Shown: positions 20,812 through 31,007 of the stretch, in pieces | Layout: each line of letters starts with the position of its first letter | How positions within the stretch are numbered: position 1 is the stretch's first letter | DNA from: Truepera sp. | GTDB taxonomy: Bacteria > Deinococcota > Deinococci > Deinococcales > Trueperaceae | Direction of reading: 5' to 3' | Length of the DNA stretch: 64,000 nucleotides | NCBI GenBank assembly: GCA_965218435.1 | Contig: CBDCKW010000009.1 | Span: 1,632,001 to 1,696,000 of the forward strand | Made by a program: the position numbers and the translations under genes | Notes under the pieces: generated by a model | What the model was told of the DNA's origin: nothing | Databases searched by the model: none | What the model saw: only the letters and a program-made list of their open reading frames with translations

Positions 20812-22412
20812 GCGTTGGACTCCTCTTTAAGCGCCCCGGTCACGCGGAAGTTGATCAAACTGACAGCGATAGTGATAAAAAAGATCAGCAGCGAAATAGC
20901 CGACCCCAACCCGTAAGCGAATCCCCCTTGAGAGCGAAACGCCTCGTTATAGGCCCACGAGATCAAGATGTCCGTACCACGCGCGGTTGAGGTGCCGCCG
21001 TCGTAACCGGGGCCGCCGTCGGTCAACAAGTAGATGATGTTGAAGTTGTTGAAATTAAAGGCAAATCCTGTCAGTGTAATCGGAATGAGCGCGGTGCGGA
21101 GAAGTGGCAAGGTCACCCCGGTGACCCGCTGCCAGATATTCGCACCGTCTATTTTGGCCGCTTCGTAAAGGTCGGCGGGAATCGCCGAGAGCGCCCCCAA
21201 CGTGGCCGTCATCATAAACGGTAACCCCAACCAGAGGTTGACGAGCAAAATCGCGGCTCTGGCAGGCCACACGTCATTCAGCCAGTCGAGCACGGGTAGA
21301 TCCAAAAGCGCCAAGGTACGGTTGATCGCACCGAAGTTCGAGTTCAAAAACCCTTTCCAAATTTGAATCGTAATGATGTTGGGGAGCGCCCAGGGGACGA
21401 TCAGCAGCGTGCGGTAGAGGTTGCGAAACTTTAGATCGGGGTTGTTTAAGAAGATCGCCAAAAATACGCCGAAAACCGTGTTGATGACAATCGTCGAGAC
21501 GGCAAACAAGAGGTTCCACAAAAAAACCGGGCCGAGCGACCGGCTCGCCTGCCGAAAGATCGCACGAAAGTTCTGCCAACCGACCAAGCCAAAGTCGTTG
21601 TAACGGGTAACCGAGGTATACGTGGCCCCTTCAGGCAGCGGCGCGTTTAAGGTGATGGTGTTGCCCTTAACGGAGAGCATCGTCCGGCGGATACCTTGGG
21701 CAGGGACGGCGACGCCGACGTTTTCTAAGTTGACTGCGCCGGGGGGCGCACGCTCCAACGTCAGGACGTTGCCGTCTACTTTTGTCACGTTAAACTCGGC
21801 GTTAAAGCCGATGTCGGTGAGCTCGAGCGTCACGACCGTCGGCGTCTCACCTTCGGGGAGCGGCTCAGCGAGGGTTAAGGTGGTGCCCTCGAGCGACGTT
21901 GCCGCGACCGTCAAACTGCCTGACACGTCAACGATAGCCGCAACGCCCGTACAGCCGTTCCTTAGGGCTTGACAGCGCAGCGTCGCACTATCGGCAACCT
22001 CGAGGGTGGCCCCCTGCACGCCCGTAATCTCTGTACGGCTGCTGATATTTAGCTCACCGTTACGAACGCCCGCATAGTCGGTAAACGCCAGAATGACGGT
22101 GAGGACCACCGGGAAAAGCGCAAAGGTCAGCAAAAATAAGATAGACGGCAACAGGTAGTACCACGGCATAATCCATTCAAAACGCCGAGCGATGACCTGG
22201 AGGGCGATAATTAGCGCCGCCAAACCGACCAACACACCGAGGTAGGGAGGCGCAGCGGGAAAGGCGCGTTGCGCGAGCCATAACCCGAGAAACCCGACTA
22301 CGCCCGCGATAGTAATAGCGAGCAGCAGCAGCAAGAGCGCCTTCCAGAGCCGCTGGCCGGTACCCCCGGAACCTTTAGGCAGATAGTCCGAAACCTGACG
22401 CGAGATGTCCAT
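20808..22412 (-). CDS. malF: Maltose/maltodextrin ABC permease, MalF-like with periplasmic insert
   Basis: YRTLLIVPWALP, LYEAAKIDGA, FAFNFNNF..IYLLT.GGP, TDILISW.Y. Confidence 0.85.
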   Translation of the reverse strand: MDISRQVSDYLPKGSGGTGQRLWKALLLLLLAITIAGVVGFLGLWLAQRAFPAAPPYLGVLVGLAALIIALQVIARRFEWIMPWYYLLPSILFLLTFALFPVVLTVILAFTDYAGVRNGELNISSRTEITGVQGATLEVADSATLRCQALRNGCTGVAAIVDVSGSLTVAATSLEGTTLTLAEPLPEGETPTVVTLELTDIGFNAEFNVTKVDGNVLTLERAPPGAVNLENVGVAVPAQGIRRTMLSVKGNTITLNAPLPEGATYTSVTRYNDFGLVGWQNFRAIFRQASRSLGPVFLWNLLFAVSTIVINTVFGVFLAIFLNNPDLKFRNLYRTLLIVPWALPNIITIQIWKGFLNSNFGAINRTLALLDLPVLDWLNDVWPARAAILLVNLWLGLPFMMTATLGALSAIPADLYEAAKIDGANIWQRVTGVTLPLLRTALIPITLTGFAFNFNNFNIIYLLTDGGPGYDGGTSTARGTDILISWAYNEAFRSQGGFAYGLGSAISLLIFFITIAVSLINFRVTGALKEESNA

Positions 22413-22575
22413 CAGCGACCCCTTTTGCTCGTCAGCGTCATCACCCGACGAGCGGCACCGTGCAATGTCATCATTGTGCTTGTTACCAAACTACAAATAA
22501 ACGTTTATGTGTACCGTCAACTGCTAAAAATAGAGTGCCGGGCGGTTAGACCCAGCACCTTATACGTTAGTTAAC

Positions 22576-23766
22576 CTAATTTCCTTCGATTTGCGCGACC
22601 GCGCTCCCAAGCACCTTGGCCGGGTCTGAGTTCTGGCTTTCCAACAAGACGGCGAGCGCGTCCGCCATCGGCTGCCAGACGTTACCCATTTCAGGAATGT
22701 TCGGCATCGGCTCGGCTCCCTCGTAGGCTTGGATAAACCCTGAGATGATCGGATCGTCGGCAACTTCCGCGGCGGCAGCTTGCGAGGTCGGGATGCGGCC
22801 GCTTTGCTGCGCGAGTTTAATCTGCGCGTCGGGGCGGGTCAGCCATTTGGCAAAGTTCGCGGCGTCCGACTTGTTTTGCGAAAACTCGTTTAAGAGCACA
22901 CCCTGAACGCCGATAAAGCCTTTCCAGGTGGTGCCGTCGGCCAGCGGCGGCAGCGGCATCGCGGCGACGGGAATCCCGGCGTTTCGCGCGTTGGCGATAG
23001 ACCAGGGACCGTTATACATCATCGCGGCTGAGCCTTCGTTAAATAAGCCTTCAGTCACCGACGAATCGGTTCCGGGCGGAATCAGGCCGTAGTCGTACTG
23101 GAGCGCCTTGATCTGCTCGGCCCCTTTGACGGCACCCTCGTTATCGAGGCCCACGTCACTCGGGGTGAGATTACCGTCGGCGTCCCGCTTAAAGACGTAG
23201 CCCCCGTTTGAATGAAGCCAGTTGTACGCAAAGTAAAAGTTTTTGTCATCGAATAAAAAGCCGTAGGTGTCGCCGCTGGTCAGCTTTTGCGCTTTGGTGA
23301 TCAGCTCTTCGTAGGTTTTAGGGAACTCGCTCTCGGGTACGAGGTCGGTATTGACGACGAGCGCCGGACCCTCCGAATAGACGGGTAACCCGAAGAGCCG
23401 CCCGTTAAAGGTAAACGCCAGCCGCGCCTGCTCGCTCAGGTCGGCGAGGTAGTCTTTGGTCGCAAACTGCGACATATCGGCTAACACGCCGCCTGCGGCG
23501 AGTTCACCGATCTGGTCATGCGGGAGCGTGACGATCAGGTCGGCAGCTTCGCCCTGCGGCGCGGCGAGGAGCATTTTTTGCTTGAGCTCGGACAGCTCGA
23601 CTTTAGTGATCTGTACGGGAACGCCGAACGCGGCCTCAAAGCTCGCGGCTTCACCCTGGAGCCACTCGAGGTCCGTCTCGCCGAAGTGACTCCAGACCGT
23701 GATGCCCTGAGCGGACGTTAAACCCAGGCTCAGCAAGAGAGAAAGCGCGACCATCAGCCTTTTCAT
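22576..23766 (-). CDS. malE: Maltose/maltodextrin ABC substrate-binding protein
   Basis: Signal peptide; PHDQIG, NGPW, GFIGVQG, PMPNIPEMG.VW. Confidence 0.85.
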   Translation of the reverse strand: MKRLMVALSLLLSLGLTSAQGITVWSHFGETDLEWLQGEAASFEAAFGVPVQITKVELSELKQKMLLAAPQGEAADLIVTLPHDQIGELAAGGVLADMSQFATKDYLADLSEQARLAFTFNGRLFGLPVYSEGPALVVNTDLVPESEFPKTYEELITKAQKLTSGDTYGFLFDDKNFYFAYNWLHSNGGYVFKRDADGNLTPSDVGLDNEGAVKGAEQIKALQYDYGLIPPGTDSSVTEGLFNEGSAAMMYNGPWSIANARNAGIPVAAMPLPPLADGTTWKGFIGVQGVLLNEFSQNKSDAANFAKWLTRPDAQIKLAQQSGRIPTSQAAAAEVADDPIISGFIQAYEGAEPMPNIPEMGNVWQPMADALAVLLESQNSDPAKVLGSAVAQIEGN

Positions 23767-23961
23767 AGTGTTCCTTTCGACCCGCTGCTGAAGTGCGCGG
23801 GTGACCCTAACGGGTGCTTGCTTTTATTTGCTTACACTCTCAAGCTTACACAAAAAAGCGGACGCGGTAAAGCGAATTCGGCTTCTAACCAGAAGTCGGG
23901 CGGTCTACTATTTTCTAAAGTTAAAAATGCTTTTCGGCTTGTCTTCTAAGGTATTACCGGG

Positions 23962-25104
23962 TTAGCTAGCGGCGCTGTAGCGTCCACTCGGCAGGGTGTG
24001 AATGACGCCCTCGAGCTCTAAAATCGTCAAAGTCGGCAGCAGTTCGGGCGCACTTTTACCCGTGGCGACGATCAGCTCATCTAACAGCGGTTCACCGCGA
24101 CGACGAATCAAGCTGACAAGCTCGCCGAGAAAACCGGGTAGCTCGGGTTTGACGGGTGAAGAAGCTGGTGTACTGACCGAAGAAAGTATTGAGGCAGGCG
24201 TGTGCGGCCAGCCGAATTCGTTGCGAACGTCGTCGGTACTCTGCGTCAAGACCGCACCTTGTTTAAGTAGACCGAGCACCCCTTCAGCTTTCGGGTCGCC
24301 GATCCTACCGGGGACGGCAAAGACGCTCCGGCCCTCCTCGAGCGCGTACTCCGCCGTAATCAAAGCGCCCGACTTGAGACCTCCTTCGACAACCAGCACG
24401 CCTTTTGAAAGCCCGTTAATAATGCGGTTACGACCCGGAAAATATTCGGCCCTTGGCGTGGTACCGAGGCGGTATTCGCTGACCACCGCGCCCCGACCCG
24501 CTAAAATACGTTCGGCCAAGCGGCGGTTGCCGCCGGGATAGATGATGTCTACGCTCGAGCCCAAAACCGCAACTGTCTGCCCGTCCGCTGCGGCCAACGC
24601 GCCCTCGTGCGCGGCAGTGTCTACGCCTAACGCCAACCCTGAAACGATGGTGACGCCCGTCCCGGCCAGCTCCTGGGAAAAGCGGTGGCTCAGGTCTAAC
24701 CCGTAAGCACTCGCGTTACGCGTACCGACGACGCCCAGGCTGTAGAGCTCGGATAGTTCGCCCCGCACAGCTTTGGGTAGTGCGCCGCGTACATAAAGAA
24801 CGGGCGGCGGGTCGTAAATCTGCGCGAGCGCCGCCGGATACTCAGGGGTGCCGAGTGTCAGCAAGCTCACGCCTAGCCGTTCGGCGCGTCTTAGCTCAGC
24901 GTCGGCTTTGGTTTGTGCGGCTGCCCGAGTGCTCACGATAGCCTCCGCAAGTTTGCGGCCGATACCTTCGGCCTGCGTGAGTTCGGCTACCGCCAAGGTT
25001 GGGAGTACACTGCTGCCAAAATGCTCGACCAAACCTCTGATCTTGCGCGGTCCCAGTCCGGGGGTAAAGTTAAGGGTCAAAAGCGCGTGAAGTGCGGAGG
25101 TCAT
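23962..25104 (-). CDS. dprA: DNA-protecting protein DprA
   Basis: DPPPVLYVRG, VVGTR, IVSGLALGVD, FP.RNRII.GLS, SGALITA..A.E.GR.VFAVPG. Confidence 0.95.
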   Translation of the reverse strand: MTSALHALLTLNFTPGLGPRKIRGLVEHFGSSVLPTLAVAELTQAEGIGRKLAEAIVSTRAAAQTKADAELRRAERLGVSLLTLGTPEYPAALAQIYDPPPVLYVRGALPKAVRGELSELYSLGVVGTRNASAYGLDLSHRFSQELAGTGVTIVSGLALGVDTAAHEGALAAADGQTVAVLGSSVDIIYPGGNRRLAERILAGRGAVVSEYRLGTTPRAEYFPGRNRIINGLSKGVLVVEGGLKSGALITAEYALEEGRSVFAVPGRIGDPKAEGVLGLLKQGAVLTQSTDDVRNEFGWPHTPASILSSVSTPASSPVKPELPGFLGELVSLIRRRGEPLLDELIVATGKSAPELLPTLTILELEGVIHTLPSGRYSAAS

Positions 25105-25312
25105 GTGAGGGCAATCGTAACAGGCGGGGGCGGTGACGCCGATGAAGTTTTACGCGCACTCAGGTACCGGCTATTGGCTACCGCTGCACGACCTTAAAGC
25201 AGCTGTTGACCTTAATATTTTTATCATGTTTTTGTTATCGCTGAGGGCTGAGAACTGACCTCTTTACACCACGTTGTAGAGGCCCCCGACTGGTTTTAGC
25301 AGGTCAGCAAGC

Positions 25313-28168
25313 TCAGTTCATCAGAGAGCTGGGCGTCACCTTAGGCTGTGTGTGGTTTAGGGTGCCGAGGTGTTCCCAGGGCAAAGGTTTAGCGTAGTAG
25401 TAACCCTGCATCAGGGTACAGCCGAGCCCGCGCAAGAGGGTCACCTGGTCTTCGGTTTCAACCCCTTCGGCGACGACCTCGAGCCCGAGCCGCTCCGCGA
25501 ACGCCATAATCGTCCGGACGATCTCCAAACTTTTATGGTCAAAACTCATGCGGCTGACAAACGAGCGGTCGATTTTAAGGCTGTGAATCGGCAGGTCGTG
25601 CGCGTAAGCAAGGGACGAGTAACCGGTACCGAAGTCGTCCATCGCCAGCTTGACGCCTAAGTCTCTCAGTTGCGCCAGCAACCCGATCATCCGTTCGGGC
25701 TCCTCCATTACCGCACTTTCGGTGACCTCGAGCTCGAGCCGCGCCGGACATACGCCGGTTCGCAAGAGCAGCGCCGCCAGCCACGCCACCAATTCCGGAT
25801 CGCCGAGCTGCCGCGCGGAGAGGTTGACCGCGAGACTGAGCTGTTCGTCCGGGCTGCCCCGCAGCCGATCGCAGGCTTGGGTGAGCACCCACCGGCCCAG
25901 CTCGACGATAAGCCCGGTTTCTTCGGCGAGCGGGATAAAGTCGGCGGGCGAGATGAGGCCGCGGCTTGGATGCTGCCAGCGCAAAAGCACTTCAAAAGCG
26001 GCGGTATGCGTTTCAGCGAGCGACACGATAGGTTGGTAAACCAAGAGAAATTCGCGCCGCTGCAGAGCTCCGCGCAGATCGGCCTCGAGCCGCTGACGCT
26101 GAACGATCCGTTCCCGCATCTTTTGGTCAAAATATACCCAGGGTCGCCGCGCTTTTTTCGCCTCATACATCGCCACGTCGGCGTCGCGGAGCAGGTCTTC
26201 AGGACCGCCTTGTTCGGCCCCACTTTGTTCGGCCCCACCTTGTTTAGCCAGGTATCCGGACACGGGCCAGACAATCCCGATGCTGGCGCTCGTCTCAACC
26301 TGATGCTCGTCTAGCAAATAAGGTGCGGCGAGGGCTGCAGTTGTCCGCTCCAGCACCCCGGCAATTCCCTCCGCGGTGACGTCGCCAAGTAGCAGCACGA
26401 ACTCGTCGCCCCCCAAACGCGCGACCATATCGCCGTGCCGGACTGCGCCCAGTAAGCGCCGCCCGACCTCATTTAAGAGCAGGTCGCCGACGTAGTGGCC
26501 GAGTGAATCGTTAATGACCTTGAAGCGGTTGAGGTCTAAAAACAGCAGGGCGGTGCGGGACGCTTCGCCCTGTTGCGCTGTGTTTGTCTCTGTAGTTATC
26601 TCTGCGATTGTCGCCGTGGTTTTTTTTGTGGTTTTTTCCGTAGCTGGTTCTGGCGCAAGGAGCTGGGTCAGGCGGCGCGTCAGCAGCAGCCGGTTGGGAA
26701 GTCCGGTCAGCGGATCGAAGATGCCGCGCTGACTGAGGTCGGTCAGTGAGCCCGTGATACTTACCGCTGCGCCGTTTTCGTCGTAGACGGCGACGCCGCG
26801 GCTTAACATCCAGCAGTAACCTGCTCGGGGCAAAGCCTGGGTTGACAGCTCGGTAGGCAGCTGAGTTGACATCCGAAATTCACCCTCGAGCTTGGGCGTC
26901 AAACCTGCCAGGTGATCGTCAAACAAGCGGCGGACGCGGGCCTGGTCATCCGGGTGAACCGCGTCTATAAAAAATCCCGGACCTTCGCGGCGCGCCGCTT
27001 CGGGGTAGCCGAGCATGGCGGCGTAGCGAGGTGAATAGTAGACCGTGTTCGTCTCCAGATTCCAGTCCCAGAGCCCGTCGTTGACCCCCCTTTCAGCGCG
27101 GGCGTAGCGCGCTTCGCTCTCCCGCAAACTCTTTTGCGCCTCACTGAGCGAGGCCAACATCACGTTGAGGTCGCGGCCGACACGCGCTAGTTCGTCACGG
27201 CCGGGGAGCGAAATACGCCGCGCCGCGTCGCCGCTCTCGGCAATCTCTTGAACGGCGGTGCTGAGCCGAGTAAAGCGCCGCAACAGCCCCCGTTGCAACA
27301 GCAGCAGGAGCGCGAGCCCCGCAGCGACGCCTACAGCGAGGGTTAGTCCGGTAAGGATGCGGCGGCTGCGCCGCGCCTGGAGATAGATAGGTCGGGGCGC
27401 GTCAAGCTGGAGCAGCAGCGCCGGTTGCCCCGTCAGGTCGGATAACAACGTGTAGCCTGCAATCCGGCTCTCGCTGAGCGGTCGGCTCAGCTTACTGTCC
27501 CGCTCCCGAGTTAGCAGGTCGTCTCTAGCCGCTAAAACGTTCGGCGGCAACGCTTCGTCGTCCAGGCGGTAGAACTTGACCTCGAGCTGCACCAGATTGC
27601 CAAACGTTCTGGCGACCCGGACGTCTACAAATTTGCCGATCACGACTGAACCGTGAACCGGCCCCCGGTACTCGCTCGTGACGATAGGAGCCGAGGCGAC
27701 CAGCAGCACCGCGTCCGGCAGCACCGCGAGTCCGGCAGTGCGGTGCGGCGTAGTCGGGCCTTCGAGATAAGCTTTGACGTTTTCCGGGAGCGGAACCGGA
27801 ACACTCCAGTCGAGGTTAAAAGCTTTCGCGGCGACGACTTTTCCGGCGGTACCGGTAAACGCAAAAAAGTTGACATTGAGATTTTTAACCGCGTCGTCGC
27901 TCAGGTTACGCCTAATGTACCCTTGATTATGGTCGGCCATAAACTTGTAGGTGTCGTCCCAGGCAGCGTAGTCTCTCGCAGTGACCGCTAAATGCTGCAC
28001 TTCTCTCGTCCACGCCTGTTCAGCGCGGTCTAAATTGGCGAGCATCTGCTCGTTCTCGAGCTGTGCGAAACTTTGCAGCAGCACCCGCGACGTAGCTAGA
28101 TAAAGTCCTAAAACAACCGTACCGACCACCGCTAAAGCGTAAAGCGCAAACCGCACCCGCAAACTCAT
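25313..28168 (-). CDS. Membrane CHASE4-HAMP-PAS-GGDEF-EAL c-di-GMP enzyme
   Basis: DYAAWDDTY (CHASE4), GRDEL (HAMP), DGLWDW (PAS), RLGGDEF, EVLLRW, DDFGTGYS. Confidence 0.92.
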   Translation of the reverse strand: MSLRVRFALYALAVVGTVVLGLYLATSRVLLQSFAQLENEQMLANLDRAEQAWTREVQHLAVTARDYAAWDDTYKFMADHNQGYIRRNLSDDAVKNLNVNFFAFTGTAGKVVAAKAFNLDWSVPVPLPENVKAYLEGPTTPHRTAGLAVLPDAVLLVASAPIVTSEYRGPVHGSVVIGKFVDVRVARTFGNLVQLEVKFYRLDDEALPPNVLAARDDLLTRERDSKLSRPLSESRIAGYTLLSDLTGQPALLLQLDAPRPIYLQARRSRRILTGLTLAVGVAAGLALLLLLQRGLLRRFTRLSTAVQEIAESGDAARRISLPGRDELARVGRDLNVMLASLSEAQKSLRESEARYARAERGVNDGLWDWNLETNTVYYSPRYAAMLGYPEAARREGPGFFIDAVHPDDQARVRRLFDDHLAGLTPKLEGEFRMSTQLPTELSTQALPRAGYCWMLSRGVAVYDENGAAVSITGSLTDLSQRGIFDPLTGLPNRLLLTRRLTQLLAPEPATEKTTKKTTATIAEITTETNTAQQGEASRTALLFLDLNRFKVINDSLGHYVGDLLLNEVGRRLLGAVRHGDMVARLGGDEFVLLLGDVTAEGIAGVLERTTAALAAPYLLDEHQVETSASIGIVWPVSGYLAKQGGAEQSGAEQGGPEDLLRDADVAMYEAKKARRPWVYFDQKMRERIVQRQRLEADLRGALQRREFLLVYQPIVSLAETHTAAFEVLLRWQHPSRGLISPADFIPLAEETGLIVELGRWVLTQACDRLRGSPDEQLSLAVNLSARQLGDPELVAWLAALLLRTGVCPARLELEVTESAVMEEPERMIGLLAQLRDLGVKLAMDDFGTGYSSLAYAHDLPIHSLKIDRSFVSRMSFDHKSLEIVRTIMAFAERLGLEVVAEGVETEDQVTLLRGLGCTLMQGYYYAKPLPWEHLGTLNHTQPKVTPSSLMN

Positions 28169-28255
28169 GGTTACACTCTACTGAAAGAACACTTACAAAA
28201 TTCATACTATTTATCACAGCTCTTCAGTTTAGCAAGATACACCCCAATTTGAGAA

Positions 28256-28545
28256 AGGGCTGACTGCATAGAAAAAGAGGCTGAAACAGTGTGTGAGCAA
28301 AATTTTAACCCTCAAAAAGATTGTACAAAGTGTAAAAAGCCTAGAGCTAGCCGAACGAAGAAAAGCCGCGCAGGGTCACAGACTTCTTTATGCAGACAGT
28401 ATCATCGCCTTAGCGGTGTATCAAAAGCTGGCAGGGTTTAAGGCTAGCTAGAAGAACTCGGCCGTACTCTCGTCTTTGGCCACGGCTCTGTTTGCTCTGT
28501 CTACCTTCGCCGAGCACAAGGCGGCACTGGCATTGATATCTTTAA
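28256..28545 (+). pseudogene. Possible transposase 5' remnant
   Basis: From GTG 28293: VSKILTLKKIVQSVKSLE...GHRLLYADSIIALAVYQKLAGFK..*..LSTFAEHK. In-frame TAG at 28449. Resembles IS transposase N-termini, judged by eye only. Confidence 0.35.
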
Positions 28546-28601
28546 GTAAGTACGTCACGCGCCGTGGACTAGGCGCTTAACTCAGCAAACACAATACCTA
28601 C

Positions 28602-28630
28602 TTGAAACGATTCAAAAAGTGTGTTATCGT
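28602..28630 (+). promoter_or_regulatory. Sigma70 promoter with overlapping LacI-type operator
   Basis: TTGAAA-17 nt-TATCGT with TGn extension; near-palindrome TTGAAACGATTCAA (28602-28615) of LacI type, upstream of the LacI gene. Confidence 0.7.
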
Positions 28631-28658
28631 TGCCTTATCTAAAGCGAAGCGGAGTTGT

Positions 28659-29663
28659 ATGGCTACGATGAAAGACGTTGCGAGAGCGGCGGGCGTATCT
28701 TTAGGGAGCGTCTCGCACTATCTGAACGACCGGGTGCCGGTGTCGCCTGCCAAGGCGGAGCGGATACAACGGGCGATTGACGCGCTCGGCTACCGGGTTG
28801 ATCAGGGAGCGCGTTCTTTACGGCGAGGTCAAACACAGACAGTCGGCCTGATTATTCCCGATATTTCCAACCCTTTTTATGCAGAGTTGGCGAGGGCTAT
28901 CGAACACCGGTTGTGGGACCAGGGCTTCCAAACTTTTTTGTGCGATTCAGCGCACGACGCCGCGCGTGAACGGGCACACTTTCTTAATCTGCTCGACCGC
29001 CGCGCCGACGGTATTTTGGTCATCTATAGCAGCGAAACGAGCGACTTGCCCGAACTTGCGGAAGCGACCCAGACACCTGTTGTTTTTTTAGACCGACCCG
29101 TCACGGGGCAGGTTTCGGTCTCCTCAGACAACCGTTTGGGCGGCCAGTTGGCTGCAGAGCATCTGCTGAGTTTCGGTCATACCCGTATCGGCGCACTCGT
29201 CGGCGACGCCGAGGTGTCGAATATGCGTTCACGAATGGACGGGTTTACAGCGGCGCTCACTGAGGGTGGGGTGAGGCTCGAGCCTCCCTATATCTGCTAC
29301 GGCGCACAAGACCTATCTCTTGGCGAACGCGCTGCAGAACTGATGCGCTTGCCTGAACCGCCGACCGCAATTTTTGCGACCAACGACATCGTAGCCGTAG
29401 GCGCGTGGCGGACGCTTTTAGGCCGGGGCTACCGTATCCCGGAGGATGTGTCGCTTTTGGGATTTGACGACATCGAGATGGGGCGGCTTCTCCTGCCCGC
29501 ACTAACGACCGTAGCCCAAGATATTTCTGCGCTCGGCGCGCACGCCGCCGAGCTGCTCCTGAATCCGACCGAACTCCCGGCGCACGCGCGCAGCGCCATC
29601 ATCACGCCACAGCTCATCCACCGGGGTTCGACGGCGGCCCCACGAGAAAGGAGCACCATGTAG
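28659..29663 (+). CDS. LacI-family transcriptional regulator
   Basis: MATMKDVARAAGVS..SVS..LN, PTAIFATND, IPEDVS..GFDDI. Confidence 0.95.
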   Translation: MATMKDVARAAGVSLGSVSHYLNDRVPVSPAKAERIQRAIDALGYRVDQGARSLRRGQTQTVGLIIPDISNPFYAELARAIEHRLWDQGFQTFLCDSAHDAARERAHFLNLLDRRADGILVIYSSETSDLPELAEATQTPVVFLDRPVTGQVSVSSDNRLGGQLAAEHLLSFGHTRIGALVGDAEVSNMRSRMDGFTAALTEGGVRLEPPYICYGAQDLSLGERAAELMRLPEPPTAIFATNDIVAVGAWRTLLGRGYRIPEDVSLLGFDDIEMGRLLLPALTTVAQDISALGAHAAELLLNPTELPAHARSAIITPQLIHRGSTAAPRERSTM

Positions 29664-29802
29664 AGGCTCGACGATATGCCCCAGTTAGACTTCCGTATCC
29701 GTTTAGACCGTACTAACTCCGCACCAGTAGGTATCCGTCGCCCCTTACTCGAGTCCAATCTTCCCGGGCAACAGCCCGAGGTCAGCTAAGGGCTGGCTTA
29801 CG

Positions 29803-29842
29803 AACCTAAATAAGTTGTAAACCTAATAAGTTGTAAACCTAA
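29803..29842 (+). repeat. Approx. 16-bp tandem duplication before the RBS of the substrate-binding gene
   Basis: aacctaaataagttgta aacctaataagttgta aacctaa. Confidence 0.8.
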
Positions 29843-29855
29843 GGAGGAGAAAGCA

Positions 29856-30908
29856 ATGAAAACCCGATTAACCCTTGCAGCTGTGGCACTGACGTCATTT
29901 TTGCTGGGCAGCACCGCCAGTTTTGCCCAAACGACAGGAACGGTGGCCTTTCTGATGCCCGACCAAGGCTCGACGCGCTACGACGAGCACGATTTTCCGG
30001 GTTTTAAGGCTGAATTAACCAAGCTTTGTCCGGACTGCACAGCTATCTATCAAAACGCCAACGCCGACGCGACGCTCCAGCAACAGCAGTTCAACTCGAT
30101 GATTTCGCAAGGTGCCACCGTGATTGTGCTGGACCCCGTGGACTCGGGAGCTGCCGCTGCGCTCGTTGAGTTGGGCCGAGCGCAAAACATCAAGGTGATT
30201 GCTTACGACCGTCCCATCCCCGAACGCGCACCGGACTTCTATATTTCTTTTGACAACGAAGGAATCGGCTACGCTATCGCGGAAAGCCTGGTCAAGCATC
30301 TGCAAGACTCAGGCGTACCGACGGACAATGGCGGCGTCTTACAGGTCAATGGTTCGCCGACCGACGCGGCGGCGCGCCTGATCGCCAAGGGGTCGCGCGA
30401 CGCGCTCGCTAAATCTGATTACAAGACGCTAGCTGAATTTGATACGCCGAACTGGTCGCCGCCCGACGCGCAGCGGTGGGTAAGCGGCCAGATCACCCGG
30501 TTTGGCAAACAGATCGTGGGGATTGTCGCAGCTAATGACGGGACAGCCGGCGGTTCCATAGCCGCGCTTAAGGCACAAGGCGTCAACCCGATCCCGCCCG
30601 TCACCGGGAACGACGCCGAGATTTCGGCGCTGCAACTGATCGTTGCAGGCGATCAGTACAACACGATCTCTAAGCCGAGCGAAATCGTCGGCAGGGCCGC
30701 GGCACAGGTGGCGGTCGCCTACCTCAACGGCGAAACACCCAAAGCGGAGACGACTATCTACGATGCGCCTTCCCAGCTCTTTGTTCCCGAAGTCGTTACC
30801 CGTGAGAACCTCAAGAAAGTCGTCGTCGATACGGGCATCGTTTCAACCGATCAGCTTTGCACGCCTGAATACGCCGAGGGCTGCCGCGAACTCGGCTTGA
30901 CCCAGTAA
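29856..30908 (+). CDS. Monosaccharide/polyol ABC substrate-binding protein (XylF/ChvE-like)
   Basis: Signal peptide; VIAYDR, ISFDN..IG, NGSPTD, AANDG.AGG, VTGNDAE. Confidence 0.9.
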   Translation: MKTRLTLAAVALTSFLLGSTASFAQTTGTVAFLMPDQGSTRYDEHDFPGFKAELTKLCPDCTAIYQNANADATLQQQQFNSMISQGATVIVLDPVDSGAAAALVELGRAQNIKVIAYDRPIPERAPDFYISFDNEGIGYAIAESLVKHLQDSGVPTDNGGVLQVNGSPTDAAARLIAKGSRDALAKSDYKTLAEFDTPNWSPPDAQRWVSGQITRFGKQIVGIVAANDGTAGGSIAALKAQGVNPIPPVTGNDAEISALQLIVAGDQYNTISKPSEIVGRAAAQVAVAYLNGETPKAETTIYDAPSQLFVPEVVTRENLKKVVVDTGIVSTDQLCTPEYAEGCRELGLTQ

Positions 30909-30921
30909 GCGATTTAATTGC

Positions 30922-30957
30922 GCGGAACCGGCTTACCCTCCGGTTCCGCACCTTTTT
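30922..30957 (+). terminator. Intercistronic hairpin (attenuating or stabilising)
   Basis: gcggaaccgg...ccggttccgc followed by a T run. Confidence 0.6.
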
Positions 30958-31007
30958 AGGCTGAGCTGCCGAGAGGTGTTCAGACCACTTTGAAAGGACG
31001 TTACTAC

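Noticed and set aside
25370..26732. Long antisense and alternate-frame ORFs over the EAL gene (similar shadows occur over most genes)
   Set aside because: Expected shadow ORFs in GC-rich coding DNA; no motifs or translation signals.
29658..29789. RBS plus ATG-TAG at the end of lacI and an in-frame 37-aa ORF (MPQLDFRIRL...)
   Set aside because: Could be a decayed gene, but there is no recognisable homology; insufficient support.
29803..29842. Short direct repeats as a possible CRISPR or iteron array
   Set aside because: Only about 2.5 adjacent units with no spacers; no cas or rep genes in the window.
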